Notes: generated by a model not told the origin, from the sequence alone. Shown: positions 1-9,985, counted from the first letter of the stretch. The stretch: 51,549 nucleotides of DNA from Peptococcaceae bacterium UBA2264 (GCA_002347475.1 DDXI01000068.1:1-51549), one strand, 5' to 3'. Numbers and translations: made by a program.

Positions 1-40
1 GGAATGTATGTGGAAGTTATGGCGACGGAGGTGAAACCCA

Positions 41-472
41 GTGGCTAAGGTTGAAATCAAAATGCCCGAAGAATTCCTGCTGAAGCTGTCCAGTCTTGCC
101 GATAGGACCGATGAAATTATCCCAAAGGTGCTGGAGGCTGGTGGAGATATCGTCCTGAGCAAGGTGAAAAACAATCTATCCTCCGTCGTCGGGAACGGAA
201 CAAAAGAAGAAAGTCGCTCAACAGGAGAACTAGAAAGTTCGCTTGGGCTTTCTCCTGCAAAACAGAATCGAAACGGCGATTGGGACGTTAAGGTCGGGTT
301 CGCAGAACCAAGGAGTGATGGTGGCTCCAATGCAAAGATAGCCAACATTATCGAATACGGCAAGCACGGTCAACCGCCAAAGCCGTTCTTAAAACCAGCG
401 AAATCACAGAGCAAGAATGCGTGTGTGAACGCAATGAATGTAAAATTCGAACAGGAGGTTTACGGCATATGA
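41..472 (+). CDS. HK97 gp10-family head-tail / tail-completion protein
   Basis: GTG start follows GGAGGTG. The 143-aa product has an 'IIEYGKHGQPPKPFLKPA'-type C-terminal motif typical of the HK97 gp10 family, and the gene lies upstream of the major tail gene. Confidence 0.7.
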   Translation: MAKVEIKMPEEFLLKLSSLADRTDEIIPKVLEAGGDIVLSKVKNNLSSVVGNGTKEESRSTGELESSLGLSPAKQNRNGDWDVKVGFAEPRSDGGSNAKIANIIEYGKHGQPPKPFLKPAKSQSKNACVNAMNVKFEQEVYGI

Positions 473-807
473 GCATTTTAGCCGAATTGAATACACTCCT
501 CTCGCCCATCTTACCTGTGGAGACGGGCGTATTTTCTGCCAAACCTCCGGATGAATATCTTGTTCTTACGCCAATGACAGATGAATTTTCTTTGTTTGGC
601 GACAATACACCCCTATTCGATTTATCGGAGGTGCGGATTTCGCTGTTTTCAAAAGGCAACTATCTGCAAAGGAAAAACCAAATAACACTGGCTCTGCTAG
701 ATGCAGATTTCACGATAACTGACCGCCGGTACATTGGTTATGAAAGTGATACCGGCTATCACCATTACGCCATCGATGTGGCGAAATCTTACGAACTGGA
801 GGAATAA
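469..807 (+). CDS. Phage head-tail joining / tail terminator-like protein
   Basis: ATG at 469 overlaps the upstream stop (ATGA coupling). It sits between the gp10-like gene and the major tail gene; the family call rests on synteny only. Confidence 0.5.
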   Translation: MSILAELNTLLSPILPVETGVFSAKPPDEYLVLTPMTDEFSLFGDNTPLFDLSEVRISLFSKGNYLQRKNQITLALLDADFTITDRRYIGYESDTGYHHYAIDVAKSYELEE

Positions 808-810
808 CCT

Positions 811-1398
811 ATGGCAACAATTGGATTAGATAAGCTCTATTATGCCAAAATCACCGAGGATACCAGCGGCAACGAAACCTACAGCACGCCTATTCCGCTT
901 GCCAAGGCGATGAAAGCAGACCTGTCTGTTGAGCTCGCTGAAGCAACCCTATATGCCGATGACAGTGCTGCGGAAATTGTAAAGGAATTTAAAAACGGCA
1001 CACTTTCTCTCGGGATCGATGATATCGGCGTTACTGCAGCCGAAGACTTAACCGGAGCAACCCTCGATGACAATCATGTCGTCATTTCCGGTAGCGAGGA
1101 TGGCGGTTCTCCTGTTGCGGTTGGCTTTCGGGCAAAGAAAGCGAATGGCAACTACCGTTATTTCTGGCTGTACCGCGTGGTTTTCGGTATCCCGGCAACC
1201 AACCTCTCCACCAAGGGCGATTCTATCACCTTTTCTACACCGACTATCGAGGGTACCGTGCTGCGCAGAAACAAGCTCGATGATAACGGGAAGCACCCGT
1301 GGAAATCCGAGGTCAACGAGAATGACGCCAGCGTTCCTGCTTCCGTCATTACTGGCTGGTACACGCAGGTCTATGAGCCTGTGTTCACTGCTGTATAA
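811..1398 (+). CDS. Major tail protein (phi13-family-like)
   Basis: The N-terminus 'MATIGLDKLYYAKITED...TYSTPIPLAKAM' resembles phi13-type siphovirus major tail proteins. The gene lies directly upstream of the chaperone and tape measure genes. Confidence 0.8.
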   Translation: MATIGLDKLYYAKITEDTSGNETYSTPIPLAKAMKADLSVELAEATLYADDSAAEIVKEFKNGTLSLGIDDIGVTAAEDLTGATLDDNHVVISGSEDGGSPVAVGFRAKKANGNYRYFWLYRVVFGIPATNLSTKGDSITFSTPTIEGTVLRRNKLDDNGKHPWKSEVNENDASVPASVITGWYTQVYEPVFTAV

Positions 1399-1415
1399 GC
1401 ATGGAGGATTAGCAA

Positions 1416-1802
1416 ATGGATAAAGAACGAAGCGCAGTTATTACGATCGGTGGTCAGGAATATGAAATGCTTCTGACCACCAAGGCTACGAAGGAGATCG
1501 CCAAGAGATACGGCGGTCTTTCTAATTTGGGCGAAAAACTCATGAAAACCGAGAACTTTGAAATGGCCCTGGACGAGGTGGTGTGGCTTATAACCCTGCT
1601 GGCCAATCAATCAGTGCTGGTCCACAACCTGCAGAGCCCTTCCAAGAAGAAAACCCTTCTGACTGAGGAGGCGGTGGAGCTGTTGACCTCTCCCTTCGAA
1701 CTGGCGGATTACAAAAACGCCATTATGGAGGCCATGTATAAAGGAACGAAACGCGAGGTTGAAAGCGAGGAGGAATCCTCAAAAAACGCACAGGTCGGGT
1801 AA
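1416..1802 (+). CDS. Tail assembly chaperone (gpG analogue)
   Basis: A 128-aa acidic protein between the major tail and tape measure genes, ending just after a slippery heptamer. Confidence 0.7.
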   Translation: MDKERSAVITIGGQEYEMLLTTKATKEIAKRYGGLSNLGEKLMKTENFEMALDEVVWLITLLANQSVLVHNLQSPSKKKTLLTEEAVELLTSPFELADYKNAIMEAMYKGTKREVESEEESSKNAQVG

Positions 1803-1990
1803 GCGACGAGGAGTTGTTTGCCCGGCTGATTTTTTATGGTGTTTCCCTCCTGCACCGTTCCGAGCAGGAGGTCTGGCTGATGCCGATTGGCTATTTGCTG
1901 GATCAGTGGGAGGTTTACAAGCAGTTTAACGGACTTGCTAAAGCGAAACGCGAGTATTACATCGATGAAATCATACCAAATGGGATCTAA
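1416..1990 (+). CDS. Tail assembly chaperone, -1 frameshift fusion product (gpGT analogue)
   Basis: My hand translation of the -1 frame after 1781 gives 'KKRTGRVSDEELFARLIFYGVSLLHRSEQEVWLMPIGYLLDQWEVYKQFNGLAKAKREYYIDEIIPNGI*'. It ends 16 nt before the tape measure start. Confidence 0.55.
1781..1787 (+). promoter_or_regulatory. -1 programmed ribosomal frameshift slippery heptamer A_AAA_AAC
   Basis: In the zero frame the sequence reads tcA AAA AAC, 13 nt before the stop. The -1 frame stays open from here to TAA at 1988-1990. Confidence 0.6.
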
Positions 1991-2005
1991 GGAGGTGGTG
2001 AGAAT

Positions 2006-4099
2006 ATGGCGGATAACTTCGGTTTGAAAATCGGTGTCGAGGGCGAAAAGGAATTTAAACGAGCCCTTTCAGATATCAATCAGTCGTTTAAGGTGCTCGG
2101 CTCAGAAATGAAGCTGGTCGAGTCCGAGTTTAGTAAAAACGAAAGCAGCGTCCAGTCCCTCACCGCCAAAAACGAGGTGCTCACCAAGCAGATAGATGCG
2201 CAGAAGGACAAAATTGAAACCCTGCAAAAAGCGCTGAAGAATGCCTCGGATTCCTTTGGAGAAAATGACCGCCGTACCCAAAACTGGGCTGTTCAGCTTA
2301 ACAACGCCAAAGCCGAGCTCAACGGCATGGAGCGCGAGCTGGCACAGTCCGCCGAAGAAGCGGATAAGCTTGGCGATGAACTAAAAGATGCCGGTGACTC
2401 AGCAGAGAAATCCGGTGGCAAATTCGGAAAACTGGGTGGAGTCTTAAAGGGTGTCGGCGCAGCAATGGGTACCGTGGCAATCGCCGCCGGGGCCGCTACC
2501 ATTAAGATAGGCCAAGAAGTCGTGCAGCAGTTCGGTGAATTGGAGCAGAACCTTGGTGGCTCGGAGGCAGTCTTCGGCAAATATGCCGCGTCTATTCAGA
2601 AAACAGGCGAGAACGCATACAAAACTCTCGGCGTATCCCAATCAGACTACCTCGCGACCGCCAATAAAATGGGTGCTTTGTTCCAGGGCTCCGGCGTTGA
2701 GCAGCAGAAAAGCCTGGAGCTGACCGAAAAAGCCATGCAAAGGGCGGCTGACGCAGCGTCTGTCATGGGCATCGATATGCAGATGGCACTTGATTCTGTC
2801 GCCGGTGCGGCCAAGGGCAACTTCACCATGATGGATAACCTGGGCGTTGCCATGAACGATACAACACTAAAAGCCTATGCTCTGGAAAAGGGCGTAAACT
2901 TTGAATGGTCAACCGCGACGCAGGCGCAAAAAGCAGAGCTGGCCATGCAAATGTTTTTTGAAAAAACGGAGCAATACGCAGGTAACTTCGAAAAGGAGGC
3001 CACGCAATCAATTGCCGGATCTATGGGGTTATTGTCCGCCTCATGGCAATCGATGCTTGCCGGTTTCGGAAATCCAGATGCGGATATTGGTAACCTAACA
3101 AAGAACCTGACCGATGCGATTAAAGCGGTAGTAACAAATATCACGCCTGTAATAAATAATATTGTGCAGTCCATCCCACAGGTGTTTGACGCGTTAATTC
3201 CAGCCATAAGTGGGCTGCTTCCTCAACTATTGACAACGGCAGCGTCCCTTTTCGATTCCTTGCTTATAGCTATCATAGCGCTGTTACCGACACTGATTCC
3301 TGTTGCGGTGGATGCAATTATGATGATCGCCGAAACGCTGATAGAAAATCTACCAATGATTATAAGCGCAGCATTGACGCTGATAACCTCTCTCGCTCAA
3401 GGAATAGCAGATTCCCTCCCAACACTCGTGCCGACGATCGTTGACACCGTTCTGATAATCGCCGATACACTGATAGATAACGTTGACCTGCTTGTTGACG
3501 CGGCCATTGCAATTATTGTTGGATTAACTACCGGTCTCATCGATGCGCTGCCGCATCTCATTGCAAAGGCTCCGGAAATCATCACAAGCCTTTTGAGTGC
3601 CATCCTCAAGGCAATCCCTATGCTATTGACAGCAGGGGTAAAGATTGTGTCAACAATTGTCTCCGGCCTCGCTTCTCTTCCGGGGAAAATGCTCTCCATC
3701 GGCGGTAATCTGATCGTTGGTTTATGGGAAGGCATCGGAGATAGATTGTCCTGGCTTAAAAGTAAACTCTCTGGCTTTGCGGACAGTGTAATTTCCGGCA
3801 TTAAGGACTTTTTCGGTGTCCACTCCCCCTCTACTGTCTTTGCCGGGATTGGCGGGTTTTTATCCGAGGGTCTCGCGGATGGCATCTCTTCCAAAGCCGG
3901 TCTGGTAGCTAAGGCAATGCAGCAGATCAATGATGATTTGCAGGCGAAAGCAGATATATCTATTTCCGGAGGAGGAACCGGAACCTTGGCATACGTGCAT
4001 TCCGGTACAATCCGGGTGGAGGGTATAAATGACACGAAACAGCTTGTAGGCGTGGCCGAGATTATAATGAACCAGCTGAGAAAGGAGGGCCGCCGATGA
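2006..4099 (+). CDS. Tail tape measure protein
   Basis: A 697-aa protein with a coiled-coil N-terminus and a long hydrophobic Ile/Leu/Ala-rich central region. Position is canonical and a strong SD (AAGGAGGTGG) precedes it. Confidence 0.9.
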   Translation: MADNFGLKIGVEGEKEFKRALSDINQSFKVLGSEMKLVESEFSKNESSVQSLTAKNEVLTKQIDAQKDKIETLQKALKNASDSFGENDRRTQNWAVQLNNAKAELNGMERELAQSAEEADKLGDELKDAGDSAEKSGGKFGKLGGVLKGVGAAMGTVAIAAGAATIKIGQEVVQQFGELEQNLGGSEAVFGKYAASIQKTGENAYKTLGVSQSDYLATANKMGALFQGSGVEQQKSLELTEKAMQRAADAASVMGIDMQMALDSVAGAAKGNFTMMDNLGVAMNDTTLKAYALEKGVNFEWSTATQAQKAELAMQMFFEKTEQYAGNFEKEATQSIAGSMGLLSASWQSMLAGFGNPDADIGNLTKNLTDAIKAVVTNITPVINNIVQSIPQVFDALIPAISGLLPQLLTTAASLFDSLLIAIIALLPTLIPVAVDAIMMIAETLIENLPMIISAALTLITSLAQGIADSLPTLVPTIVDTVLIIADTLIDNVDLLVDAAIAIIVGLTTGLIDALPHLIAKAPEIITSLLSAILKAIPMLLTAGVKIVSTIVSGLASLPGKMLSIGGNLIVGLWEGIGDRLSWLKSKLSGFADSVISGIKDFFGVHSPSTVFAGIGGFLSEGLADGISSKAGLVAKAMQQINDDLQAKADISISGGGTGTLAYVHSGTIRVEGINDTKQLVGVAEIIMNQLRKEGRR

Positions 4100-4428
4100 G
4101 TAAACTATATTCCGGATCAACGCTGATAACGCGATTTGTCCGGTTGGTTAAACAGGTTGAGCCTCGCAAGATAACGGATACCTTGTTGGACGGCTCCGAC
4201 TTTGTTCAAATTATCGGAACGGCCCCTGAACGGTTGGATATTGAGTTAAGCTGCGACCTAACCGGTAAAAAACTGATCAATGAAATCGACGCCTCGGGTG
4301 GTTTGCTCACGGTATTTGATAAAGACGGCAATCAATACAGCACTCGGATCATCAATAAAGCGGGCTGGAAAACAGCCGGAAGCAAATACTATCAGACGAC
4401 TTTAACAGCCGGGGTGGTGACGGAATGA
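4096..4428 (+). CDS. Phage tail-tip/baseplate-associated protein (unknown family)
   Basis: Its start overlaps the tape measure stop (ATGA); the call rests on synteny only. Confidence 0.45.
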   Translation: MSKLYSGSTLITRFVRLVKQVEPRKITDTLLDGSDFVQIIGTAPERLDIELSCDLTGKKLINEIDASGGLLTVFDKDGNQYSTRIINKAGWKTAGSKYYQTTLTAGVVTE

Positions 4429-5819
4429 GAACCATACCGGCTGAGCTACTTAACAGGGTCAAAAGAAAGTGGCAAGTAACCGCTGAAAACGCGAATCCCG
4501 GCATGAAGGCGTATTTGAGCCGGGGCCTCATCAATGAGCTGTTTCAGGTGTATACGATACAGGCGGGCGAAAATCTTGAAGCAGTTGATGTGGCAGTAAA
4601 GAGAGTATCCGCTGTAGGAATTCCCGCAGAAGTTTTTGCGTTATGTTTGGACAATGACGTCGCAAGCGTTAAGACAAAACCTCTACCCTATGATGTGCTT
4701 ATCCCTTGGATATCGGAATTTACGGTAGCAAGCGGAGTTTCAGATGCGGCTATAGAATTTGATGGGTATTGGGAATACAGCTTCGACGAGCTCCGATATA
4801 ATTTTATAACTGTTGGGGACCCTTGGATTTTTTATGTCCAAAGCGGTACACTGTATGCTCAGCAAGGGCAGGCTTCGCCGCTTGTACTGGCTACCGTTGT
4901 TTCAAAGGTGGCTGCTATTCGTGGATGGGTTCCTGCGAATGGCGATACAAACAAGGACCAAGGATTGATTGTCGCTTACGTTAAGTCGGATGGTCACGTG
5001 TATTACAGAAATTACTGCATACAAGAAGGCGGGGGTCAGAGTTGGGAGGAGGAAACTCAGATTGTCGAGTTTACCGGGACCGCTGCGTCAGTGGCATTAT
5101 TCCGAACAAATGACTTTAGGATTGGTGTGCTTTGTGAGAATACAGATGAGTCGCTATATTATACAGTAACAACGCGTAATTGGGGCGGTATGTCCTTCCC
5201 TGCAGAACTTTTCTCGATTGTCGCTTCCTTGGTTAGCGTAGGAGTTGTCGCGTATGAAGTTCAAACTTACGGGTACAGTGCGATAGATGAAACACTTCAA
5301 ATAGCTGTTACTGGAACACAGGCAATCGTTAATATATATAGCTCTACACCGGAAAGCGCTCAAGTTTATTTGACCGGCGGTACAGTGGTTGATGACAGAA
5401 CATTTACGCTTGAATTTAATTGTCCGGTGTGGGCATGGGATATGGAAAAAGCACTTAGAAGTGTAACGCTTTATCCAATAATTGAAATTAGTATAGACGG
5501 TGCTACTGTGACATACACCTCTGCCATAGATATAGATACTGACGGGTTCAATGTTACTTTGGCTGGCGGCATTTTCATTGGTGTTGTAAGTCAAGGCAGA
5601 CAGCTTATATATGGCGGTGGCAGTACAAATGTCATGGGTGAAATACAGCCGCATATAGCTACCTTGACTATGGATGTCGTATCAGTAGAAAAAAATGCAA
5701 CGGCGTATGAAACCGTATTGTATCCCTATACCGCGCTACCAACTCACACGCTCACAATGGAGCTTTCGTATGACGCGGCGTCTTTTGCACTTACCGAGAC
5801 AGGTACAGAGCCAATATAA
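4425..5819 (+). CDS. Phage tail structural protein (unknown family)
   Basis: ATGA overlap with the upstream gene. The 464-aa product lies in the distal-tail block. Confidence 0.45.
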   Translation: MRTIPAELLNRVKRKWQVTAENANPGMKAYLSRGLINELFQVYTIQAGENLEAVDVAVKRVSAVGIPAEVFALCLDNDVASVKTKPLPYDVLIPWISEFTVASGVSDAAIEFDGYWEYSFDELRYNFITVGDPWIFYVQSGTLYAQQGQASPLVLATVVSKVAAIRGWVPANGDTNKDQGLIVAYVKSDGHVYYRNYCIQEGGGQSWEEETQIVEFTGTAASVALFRTNDFRIGVLCENTDESLYYTVTTRNWGGMSFPAELFSIVASLVSVGVVAYEVQTYGYSAIDETLQIAVTGTQAIVNIYSSTPESAQVYLTGGTVVDDRTFTLEFNCPVWAWDMEKALRSVTLYPIIEISIDGATVTYTSAIDIDTDGFNVTLAGGIFIGVVSQGRQLIYGGGSTNVMGEIQPHIATLTMDVVSVEKNATAYETVLYPYTALPTHTLTMELSYDAASFALTETGTEPI

Positions 5820-5833
5820 AGGGGTGATAAATA

Positions 5834-7312
5834 GTGATTAAGCAAAATGTTGATTTACCAAAGCTGCATAATTTTTTTACGATTAAAGTAATCGACGCAA
5901 AAACTAAAAAGGTTATACAAAACGAAAGATGCGAAAACATTGTTTTAACACAGATTTATGAGCATTGGTTTAAGGATACTGTGTATAACGGAATAAATGC
6001 TATGGCTTATGGAGACGGCACCGGGACAATAGCTGCATCAAGGACAACGCTTTTTTCGGAAAAAGGAAGAATAAACCTAACGGGCGTTGGCATAGTTACA
6101 GAACCCACAATAGTGACATTGACGGGGAAGATCGTCCTCTCTGAATCGGCATACATCGGCGGGATTATCAGCGAACTTGGACTGGTGCACAATAAAGGTA
6201 GTTATGGAACGGCAAGGCTCGCAACGCATGCCATGTTGGTGGACAGTGAAGGAGCTCCAATTACAATAGGGCCAAAAACGAATACTCAAATATGGGAAAT
6301 TTACTGTACAGCATATCTTCAAAAAGGCGCGGGGATGACCGACTTTCCAAATAATCTGTCCACTATGTTTTCATCCCAGGGCACGAGTTCCTCATCAAGA
6401 CGGTTATTCAGTGCAAGTGTATTTCCACAAAATATCGCATTGAGTTCCTCTGGGAGTTATGATGCTGGGACCAAAACTCTGACAATGAGTAATACGAACA
6501 TAGCAACTTCGGCCGGTAATAGCGATGGCTTTAGTATGTTTGAGACAACCGATATTCTAGGTATCAATATTAGTCCTCTCAGTCCCAGTTTTCAGTCATT
6601 CCCTGACCATGATGCTTTTCCGGTATTCACATTTTCTGAACGAAGTATTGGTTCAGGGGATGGTGTGAAGAAGTTTTTCGGTTTTGACAATGGTTTTTTT
6701 ATTGAGGGTTCAGAGGTCGTAAAGGTTGACGGGGTCACTAAGATAAAGGATGTTGACTATATACTGCATCAAGGTTATAGACAAATACTGAACCGAAATG
6801 ACTACGCCTTACCTTATAATGGCAGGAAAACAATAGCCGCGTACAATAGCGACAGCAGTAAGACTATTGGAACATTGGTTACAGCAGATGCGGTATCTAA
6901 TGTGGGTTTCAGCATTCCAAGATATGGGGTGCTTGATTTTGGCGAAGTGGTTAATATAAAAGACTTTTATGTAGGTACACCTACCGTGACATCTTCGAGA
7001 ACAGCTTATTATGCCTTTAGTTTGGATGGATCAACCTGGTTTGGACAGGCCGGGTACACTATACCCGGGTGGGATTACTGGATGGCGGTGCATTTGAATG
7101 AAGTAGTGAAGGCGCGCTATGTATGGATAGATGCGGGAGGCTCGTCTGCTGGGACTTTTAATAAGTTTGTGTACTATGGGCCTCCACAGGTGGAATTTCT
7201 AAGTCCGCCCGCTAACAGTACCGCAATAACAGCAACCTGGCAAACAGATATACCACCTAAAAATACAAATTTCTTTTATGACATTAACTATATTGTCGGT
7301 GGCTCGTGGTAA
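5834..7312 (+). CDS. Putative receptor-binding tail protein with C-terminal discoidin (F5/8 type C)-like domain
   Basis: GTG start follows AAGGGGTGA. The C-terminal 'VLDFGEVVNIKDFYV...YYAFSLDGSTW...VKARYVWI' resembles the galactose-binding-like domain pattern. Confidence 0.45.
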   Translation: MIKQNVDLPKLHNFFTIKVIDAKTKKVIQNERCENIVLTQIYEHWFKDTVYNGINAMAYGDGTGTIAASRTTLFSEKGRINLTGVGIVTEPTIVTLTGKIVLSESAYIGGIISELGLVHNKGSYGTARLATHAMLVDSEGAPITIGPKTNTQIWEIYCTAYLQKGAGMTDFPNNLSTMFSSQGTSSSSRRLFSASVFPQNIALSSSGSYDAGTKTLTMSNTNIATSAGNSDGFSMFETTDILGINISPLSPSFQSFPDHDAFPVFTFSERSIGSGDGVKKFFGFDNGFFIEGSEVVKVDGVTKIKDVDYILHQGYRQILNRNDYALPYNGRKTIAAYNSDSSKTIGTLVTADAVSNVGFSIPRYGVLDFGEVVNIKDFYVGTPTVTSSRTAYYAFSLDGSTWFGQAGYTIPGWDYWMAVHLNEVVKARYVWIDAGGSSAGTFNKFVYYGPPQVEFLSPPANSTAITATWQTDIPPKNTNFFYDINYIVGGSW

Positions 7313-7328
7313 AGGAAGGTGATCGTCA

Positions 7329-8729
7329 ATGGAACTGGTTTTTGAACCTTCCGTAAGCCTTGGCAGCGGGACCAATCCTGCAGTACTGCATGTACCGGAT
7401 AATTCGGTGTATTTATTTACTGTTGATGGCGGCCGTCTGAAAGCCCAAAAATGGGAACCGGAAACGGGTGATGTTCCCTGGGACACTCCTGTGTTTGGGA
7501 ACGCGACGATTGCCACAAGGGATAAGAATTTATCTCTTGTGCGTCTGAAGAATGTTCCGCGTGTCGGTATATTCGGGGCCTGGCATCAGGACGAGGTATT
7601 AGACGGCGAAACAGTCGTAACGCATGAACGTCAACGGCTTGCAATATGGGATGCCATAACTGATATCTCCAATTATCTTGAAAGCGGAAACATCCGGCTT
7701 GATCTGAACAACATTATCTCCAGCGCGAGTCTCACGTTTAAGAATCCAAAGCAGAGATTGTCCGGGGAGGTTAATAGCATAATAACGCCCGGCAATAAAA
7801 TTGAGCTTTATTTTGTAGCTGGAGATTCCGAGGAGTACCAGATGGGCGTTTTTTATGTCGACAGAACCGAGATGAGCGCAACCGGTGAAAGCATGGACCT
7901 AGACCTGAGAAACATCAGCGGCAAGCTTCTAAAGGACCAGACCTTTGATGAAAACAACAGCTATCCTATCGACGTATATGCATACGTGGTTGCGGCTATT
8001 TTAGACAATGCTGGAATAGCCGACTACCAAATACAGCAGCCTCCTGATCCTGAGACGGCATGGCAATGCGGTATAGAATACCCTTCCGATATGGATATGC
8101 TGACCGGTTTAAACGAGTTTTTGAAGATGGCCTTATCCTGGACCGCAGTCGAAACCCTTGACGGTCAAATTATCGTGGGGTCGTCAACAAATTATGCTGA
8201 GCTAACGGGGTTGTATGGCAATTACGAGTTTGAACGTGGAGCAGATCTAACAAGCCGGGGCGTTACCAGGGACGACGATGATGTGTATAGTCGAGTATGT
8301 TATCAAAGTAAAGAGTCGACGGGCGGAACAATGGTTAAAGCCTATGCCGAGGTTTTACATGCCCTTGAATGGGCAAGCGCGCCCCATAAGACTCTGTATG
8401 TAACACTTGCGGACGATACCACGCTGTCGGAGCTGCAAGAGCAGGCGGACGAATTGGCACAGCGGCTGGCATACGCCGGTATCGTGGAGCAATTTTCAGG
8501 ACCGTTCAGGCCGCATATCATACCCGGAGACGAGGCGACTATAACCGAGGCTGACAGCTCTGTCCGCTTAGTAGGATTAATAACAACAGTCGAGCATTCT
8601 TTTGGCGACAAAGGCTTTACGACCAGCTTCACGGTGGACGGTGCCGGGAGAAAAGGCAAGCCGCAGCTCAAAGACATGATGCAGGCCAGAGACAGCTCGG
8701 CAAACTCATCCGTTAAAAGGTTATATTAA
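7329..8729 (+). CDS. Phage tail/baseplate structural protein (unknown family)
   Basis: A 466-aa product, the last structural gene before the lysis cassette, preceded by SD GGAAGGTG. Confidence 0.45.
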   Translation: MELVFEPSVSLGSGTNPAVLHVPDNSVYLFTVDGGRLKAQKWEPETGDVPWDTPVFGNATIATRDKNLSLVRLKNVPRVGIFGAWHQDEVLDGETVVTHERQRLAIWDAITDISNYLESGNIRLDLNNIISSASLTFKNPKQRLSGEVNSIITPGNKIELYFVAGDSEEYQMGVFYVDRTEMSATGESMDLDLRNISGKLLKDQTFDENNSYPIDVYAYVVAAILDNAGIADYQIQQPPDPETAWQCGIEYPSDMDMLTGLNEFLKMALSWTAVETLDGQIIVGSSTNYAELTGLYGNYEFERGADLTSRGVTRDDDDVYSRVCYQSKESTGGTMVKAYAEVLHALEWASAPHKTLYVTLADDTTLSELQEQADELAQRLAYAGIVEQFSGPFRPHIIPGDEATITEADSSVRLVGLITTVEHSFGDKGFTTSFTVDGAGRKGKPQLKDMMQARDSSANSSVKRLY

Positions 8730-8800
8730 TCCGTTTCAAAACTAATGCCTGCTCAGGCTAAAAACATTATTTAGGTAGGCAACAGTAATAAGTTGCTTTT

Positions 8801-8830
8801 GGAGCCAAAAGGCTCTTTTTTATTTTTATC
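8801..8830 (+). terminator. Weak rho-independent terminator after the tail operon
   Basis: gagcc-aaaa-ggctc hairpin followed by ttttttattttt. Confidence 0.4.
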
Positions 8831-8845
8831 AAGGAGGTTTAGAAA

Positions 8846-9244
8846 ATGAAGGACATTATTAACACGCTTCAAATTGTCGTAGCCGCTGTGGGCGGCTACA
8901 TCGGGTACTTCCTGGGCGGCTGGGATGGTTTCCTATATGGTTTGGTAGCCTTTGTGGTTATCGACTATCTGACCGGAATCATGGTAGCCATCCTGGAAAA
9001 ACGCCTCTCAAGCGGGGTGGGCTTTCGGGGCATCTTCAAGAAGGTGCTGATTTTTTCACTGGTAGCGGTGGCGCATATTGTGGATTCGCAGCTTATTCAA
9101 GCCGGAAGCGCCGTACGTACTGCCGTCATCTTCTTCTATTTATCTAATGAAGGCATCAGCATTGTTGAGAATGCGGCAAAAATCGGACTGCCTATACCCG
9201 AGAAATTAAAAACAGTCTTGGAACAGTTGAACAAGGAGGACTAA
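8846..9244 (+). CDS. Phage holin (holin family 4_1 / LL-H type)
   Basis: A 132-aa protein with multiple TM helices. The 'VIDYLTGI...GFRGIFKK...YLSNEGISIVENAAKIGLPIP' motifs are typical of this holin family. Confidence 0.9.
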   Translation: MKDIINTLQIVVAAVGGYIGYFLGGWDGFLYGLVAFVVIDYLTGIMVAILEKRLSSGVGFRGIFKKVLIFSLVAVAHIVDSQLIQAGSAVRTAVIFFYLSNEGISIVENAAKIGLPIPEKLKTVLEQLNKED

Positions 9245-9247
9245 TAG

Positions 9248-9961
9248 ATGAACCTGCATAAACTCATTCTGACGAATAATGCCTGCTATAAGGCAGGCAG
9301 AACCATCACACCGAAAGGCATCATGGTGCATTCCACCGGGGCGAACAATCCGAACCTGAAACGCTATGTCGGACCTGACGACGGACTGCTCGGCAAGAAC
9401 CAGTACAACAACCACTGGAATCAGGACAAACCGGACGGCCGGCAGGTCTGCGTCCACGGCTTCATCGGCAAGCTGGTAGACGGAAGCATCGCTACTTATC
9501 AGACGCTCCCTTGGAACCACAGGGGCTGGCATGCAGGCGGTTCCGCCAACGATACACATATCGGTTTTGAAATCTGCGAGGATGGTCTGACGGACGCCTC
9601 GTATTTTTCTGCCGTTTACAAAGAAGCCGTTGAGCTATGTACTTATCTCTGCAAGCAATACGGACTCACCGAGGAGAATATCATCTGCCACAGCGAGGGA
9701 GCTACCCTCGGCATTGCCAGCATCCATAGTGATGTGATGCATTGGTTTCCCAAGCACGGTAAAAGTATGGATACCTTCCGTGCAGAGGTTGGGAAGCTGC
9801 TCGCGGCATCCACTAGCGCTACTACCGAGCCAGCTTCGACTGCATCGAAAACCATTTATCGTGTTCAGGTTGGAGCTTACTCCATCAAAGCAAATGCCGA
9901 CACAATGCTCGCCAAAGTAAAAGCCGCCGGATTCACTGACACTTTCATCAAAACTGAATAG
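9248..9961 (+). CDS. Endolysin: N-acetylmuramoyl-L-alanine amidase (Amidase_2/PGRP type) with C-terminal SPOR-like domain
   Basis: The N-terminal 'GIMVHSTGA...WHAGG...HIGFEICE' pattern matches this amidase type. A Ser/Thr/Ala-rich linker is followed by 'IYRVQVGAYSIKANADTMLAKVKAAGF', a SPOR-like signature. Confidence 0.88.
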   Translation: MNLHKLILTNNACYKAGRTITPKGIMVHSTGANNPNLKRYVGPDDGLLGKNQYNNHWNQDKPDGRQVCVHGFIGKLVDGSIATYQTLPWNHRGWHAGGSANDTHIGFEICEDGLTDASYFSAVYKEAVELCTYLCKQYGLTEENIICHSEGATLGIASIHSDVMHWFPKHGKSMDTFRAEVGKLLAASTSATTEPASTASKTIYRVQVGAYSIKANADTMLAKVKAAGFTDTFIKTE

Positions 9962-9985
9962 AGAAGTAATTTTATCTACGGATTT

